Shown here in pieces: positions 62,738 to 64,000 of a stretch of 64,000 bases of DNA. The translations under genes were made by a program, and so were the position numbers. Under the pieces are notes generated by a model. That model was not told the DNA's origin. It worked only from the letters and a program-made list of their open reading frames with translations, and searched no databases. The first letter of the stretch is position 1; each line of letters begins with the position of its first letter. The DNA lies in assembly GCA_013239625.1 (NCBI GenBank), contig MU053379.1:1544974-1608973 (forward strand). Reading direction: 5' to 3'. The DNA comes from Lama guanicoe (taxonomy: Eukaryota).

Positions 62738-62946
62738 AGGTTGACGGGTAAAATTCAGGACGGCCAGTTAAATTCAAATTCCAAATAAACGACAAATAAT
62801 GCTTTTTTTCAGTATAAATATGCCCCATATACTGCATGTCTCAAAAACTGTATCGTGCATGGTTGAACTAGAGAATTATTCCTTGTTTATCTGAAATTCA
62901 AATGTAACTGGACAGCATATACTTTTATTTGCTAAATCTGTCAACA
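62738..62946. mobile_element. MER53-like palindromic MITE
   Basis: Left arm ccagttaaattcaaattccaaataaacga pairs with right arm ttgtttatctgaaattcaaatgtaactgg; ends tttatttgctaaatctgtcaac. Confidence 0.85.
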
Positions 62947-64000
62947 GCAGCCCCATGGGAGCCGAGGGCTGCTTGGGAGCGTTTACCTGCAGCCCTCCCT
63001 TCTCCTGCCTGGCCTTCCTGCCACCGGGCACACTGGGCTGACTTGGTTGTGCCCGCCGCTCCTGGGGCTGAGGGTGAGCGCGAGGCCGTCCCCTTCCACC
63101 GTCTGGAAGGGAAGAAGGTTGATGCTCTGCTGCCTTTGATGTTCCCCCCAATTTACAGATGTGTCTCCACTCCTCCAACCCAGAGCAGTTAAGCTAGGCA
63201 CCCTCCTTTCTCGGCTGACTCCTGGATGTCCTGTCATGTCCTTCTGCATCTCCAAGCTCCTCCAGGCTCCTGAAATGGCAAAGGAGGGAGATGTAGGAGT
63301 TCAGACAGTCCCTTTTTCTCCGCACAACGCCTGCCTTCGGAGACCATCATCTCACTCAAACCTTATTCTGAGTGTCAGAATCAGAGTGTTAACTCTTGGC
63401 ATCACCACTGTGGATAATTCTAAAATGCCTCCTTCGCCCCCAACCCCCAGGGCAGCTGGATTCCTCACGTTGACTAGGGAAGAGTCGGCTAAGGTGTAAT
63501 TTTCAAGATGCTAGAAACATGACAAATATAAAATGAACACGCGCCTGAGATTTTATTTCGCTCCTTAAATATTGAAGAAGTCAGTCGGTTGCTGAAACAG
63601 ATTCAAATCAGAATTTGCATTACAGAGTGTTATATTCTCTCTGGGACAAAAGAACCACTTACACGGCTGCCACCTGGCTTCAGTCTCGCTGCTGCCCCTG
63701 CCGGGTGTGAAACAGCCCCGCCAGCGCACACTCAGTGAAAGGCGCACGCGTCTGCGGAGCCAGGTGATGCCTGGACGGTCACCTGGCAACACCCAGGTCG
63801 CCAGCGGGGATCTCTCTCGCTCATTCTCAAATCTTGGACATTTTGTTTTTTGAAAAAAATTGCAATATTCTTTTAAAAAGTTTAACCTGTTACAGATACT
63901 GAAAGATAAAAAGTTCAAAGAGGAAATATAAATGGCTAACAAATGTGAGACTAAACGCTCAACCTCACCAGCAGAGGGGCGGGACCCGTATCAAAACAAC

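Noticed and set aside
2315..63942. Hundreds of 60-220 aa ORFs in the six-frame track
   Set aside because: Many start at GTG/TTG, have low-complexity Pro/Gly/Arg/Ser composition, overlap on both strands and lie in repeats. This is expected noise in GC-rich mammalian DNA, and I recognise no domains other than SCP2 and L1 remnants.

Overview
Mammalian genomic DNA, most likely camelid: two tRNA-derived Vic-1-type SINEs and camelid-type young LINE-1 3' ends are present. The only well-supported protein-coding gene is the intronless SCP2D1 (1492-1962, +). The remaining ~62 kb is intergenic and dense in interspersed repeats (LINE-1 of several ages, L2, MIR, MaLR/ERVL/ERV1 solo LTRs, MER5/MER53/MER81/MER82 DNA transposons), with one assembly gap (28529-28724). 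The most unusual signal is a cluster of three LINE-1-derived elements between 34 and 52 kb that keep a 5' end and a 3' tail but lack the endonuclease/RT core. One is a chimeric ORF1-only HAL1-like element, one is a young ORF1-only copy with a perfect 16-bp TSD, and one is an old doubly deleted L1MC-type copy. Other points of interest: a uORF abutting the SCP2D1 start codon, a degenerate PTS1 (AKY), apparent AT-to-GC drift in old repeats, and an orphan micro-exon signature. Repeat family names come from my recollection of consensus sequences, not from a search, and boundaries without TSDs are approximate. There is no prokaryote-type system (CRISPR, operon) here.
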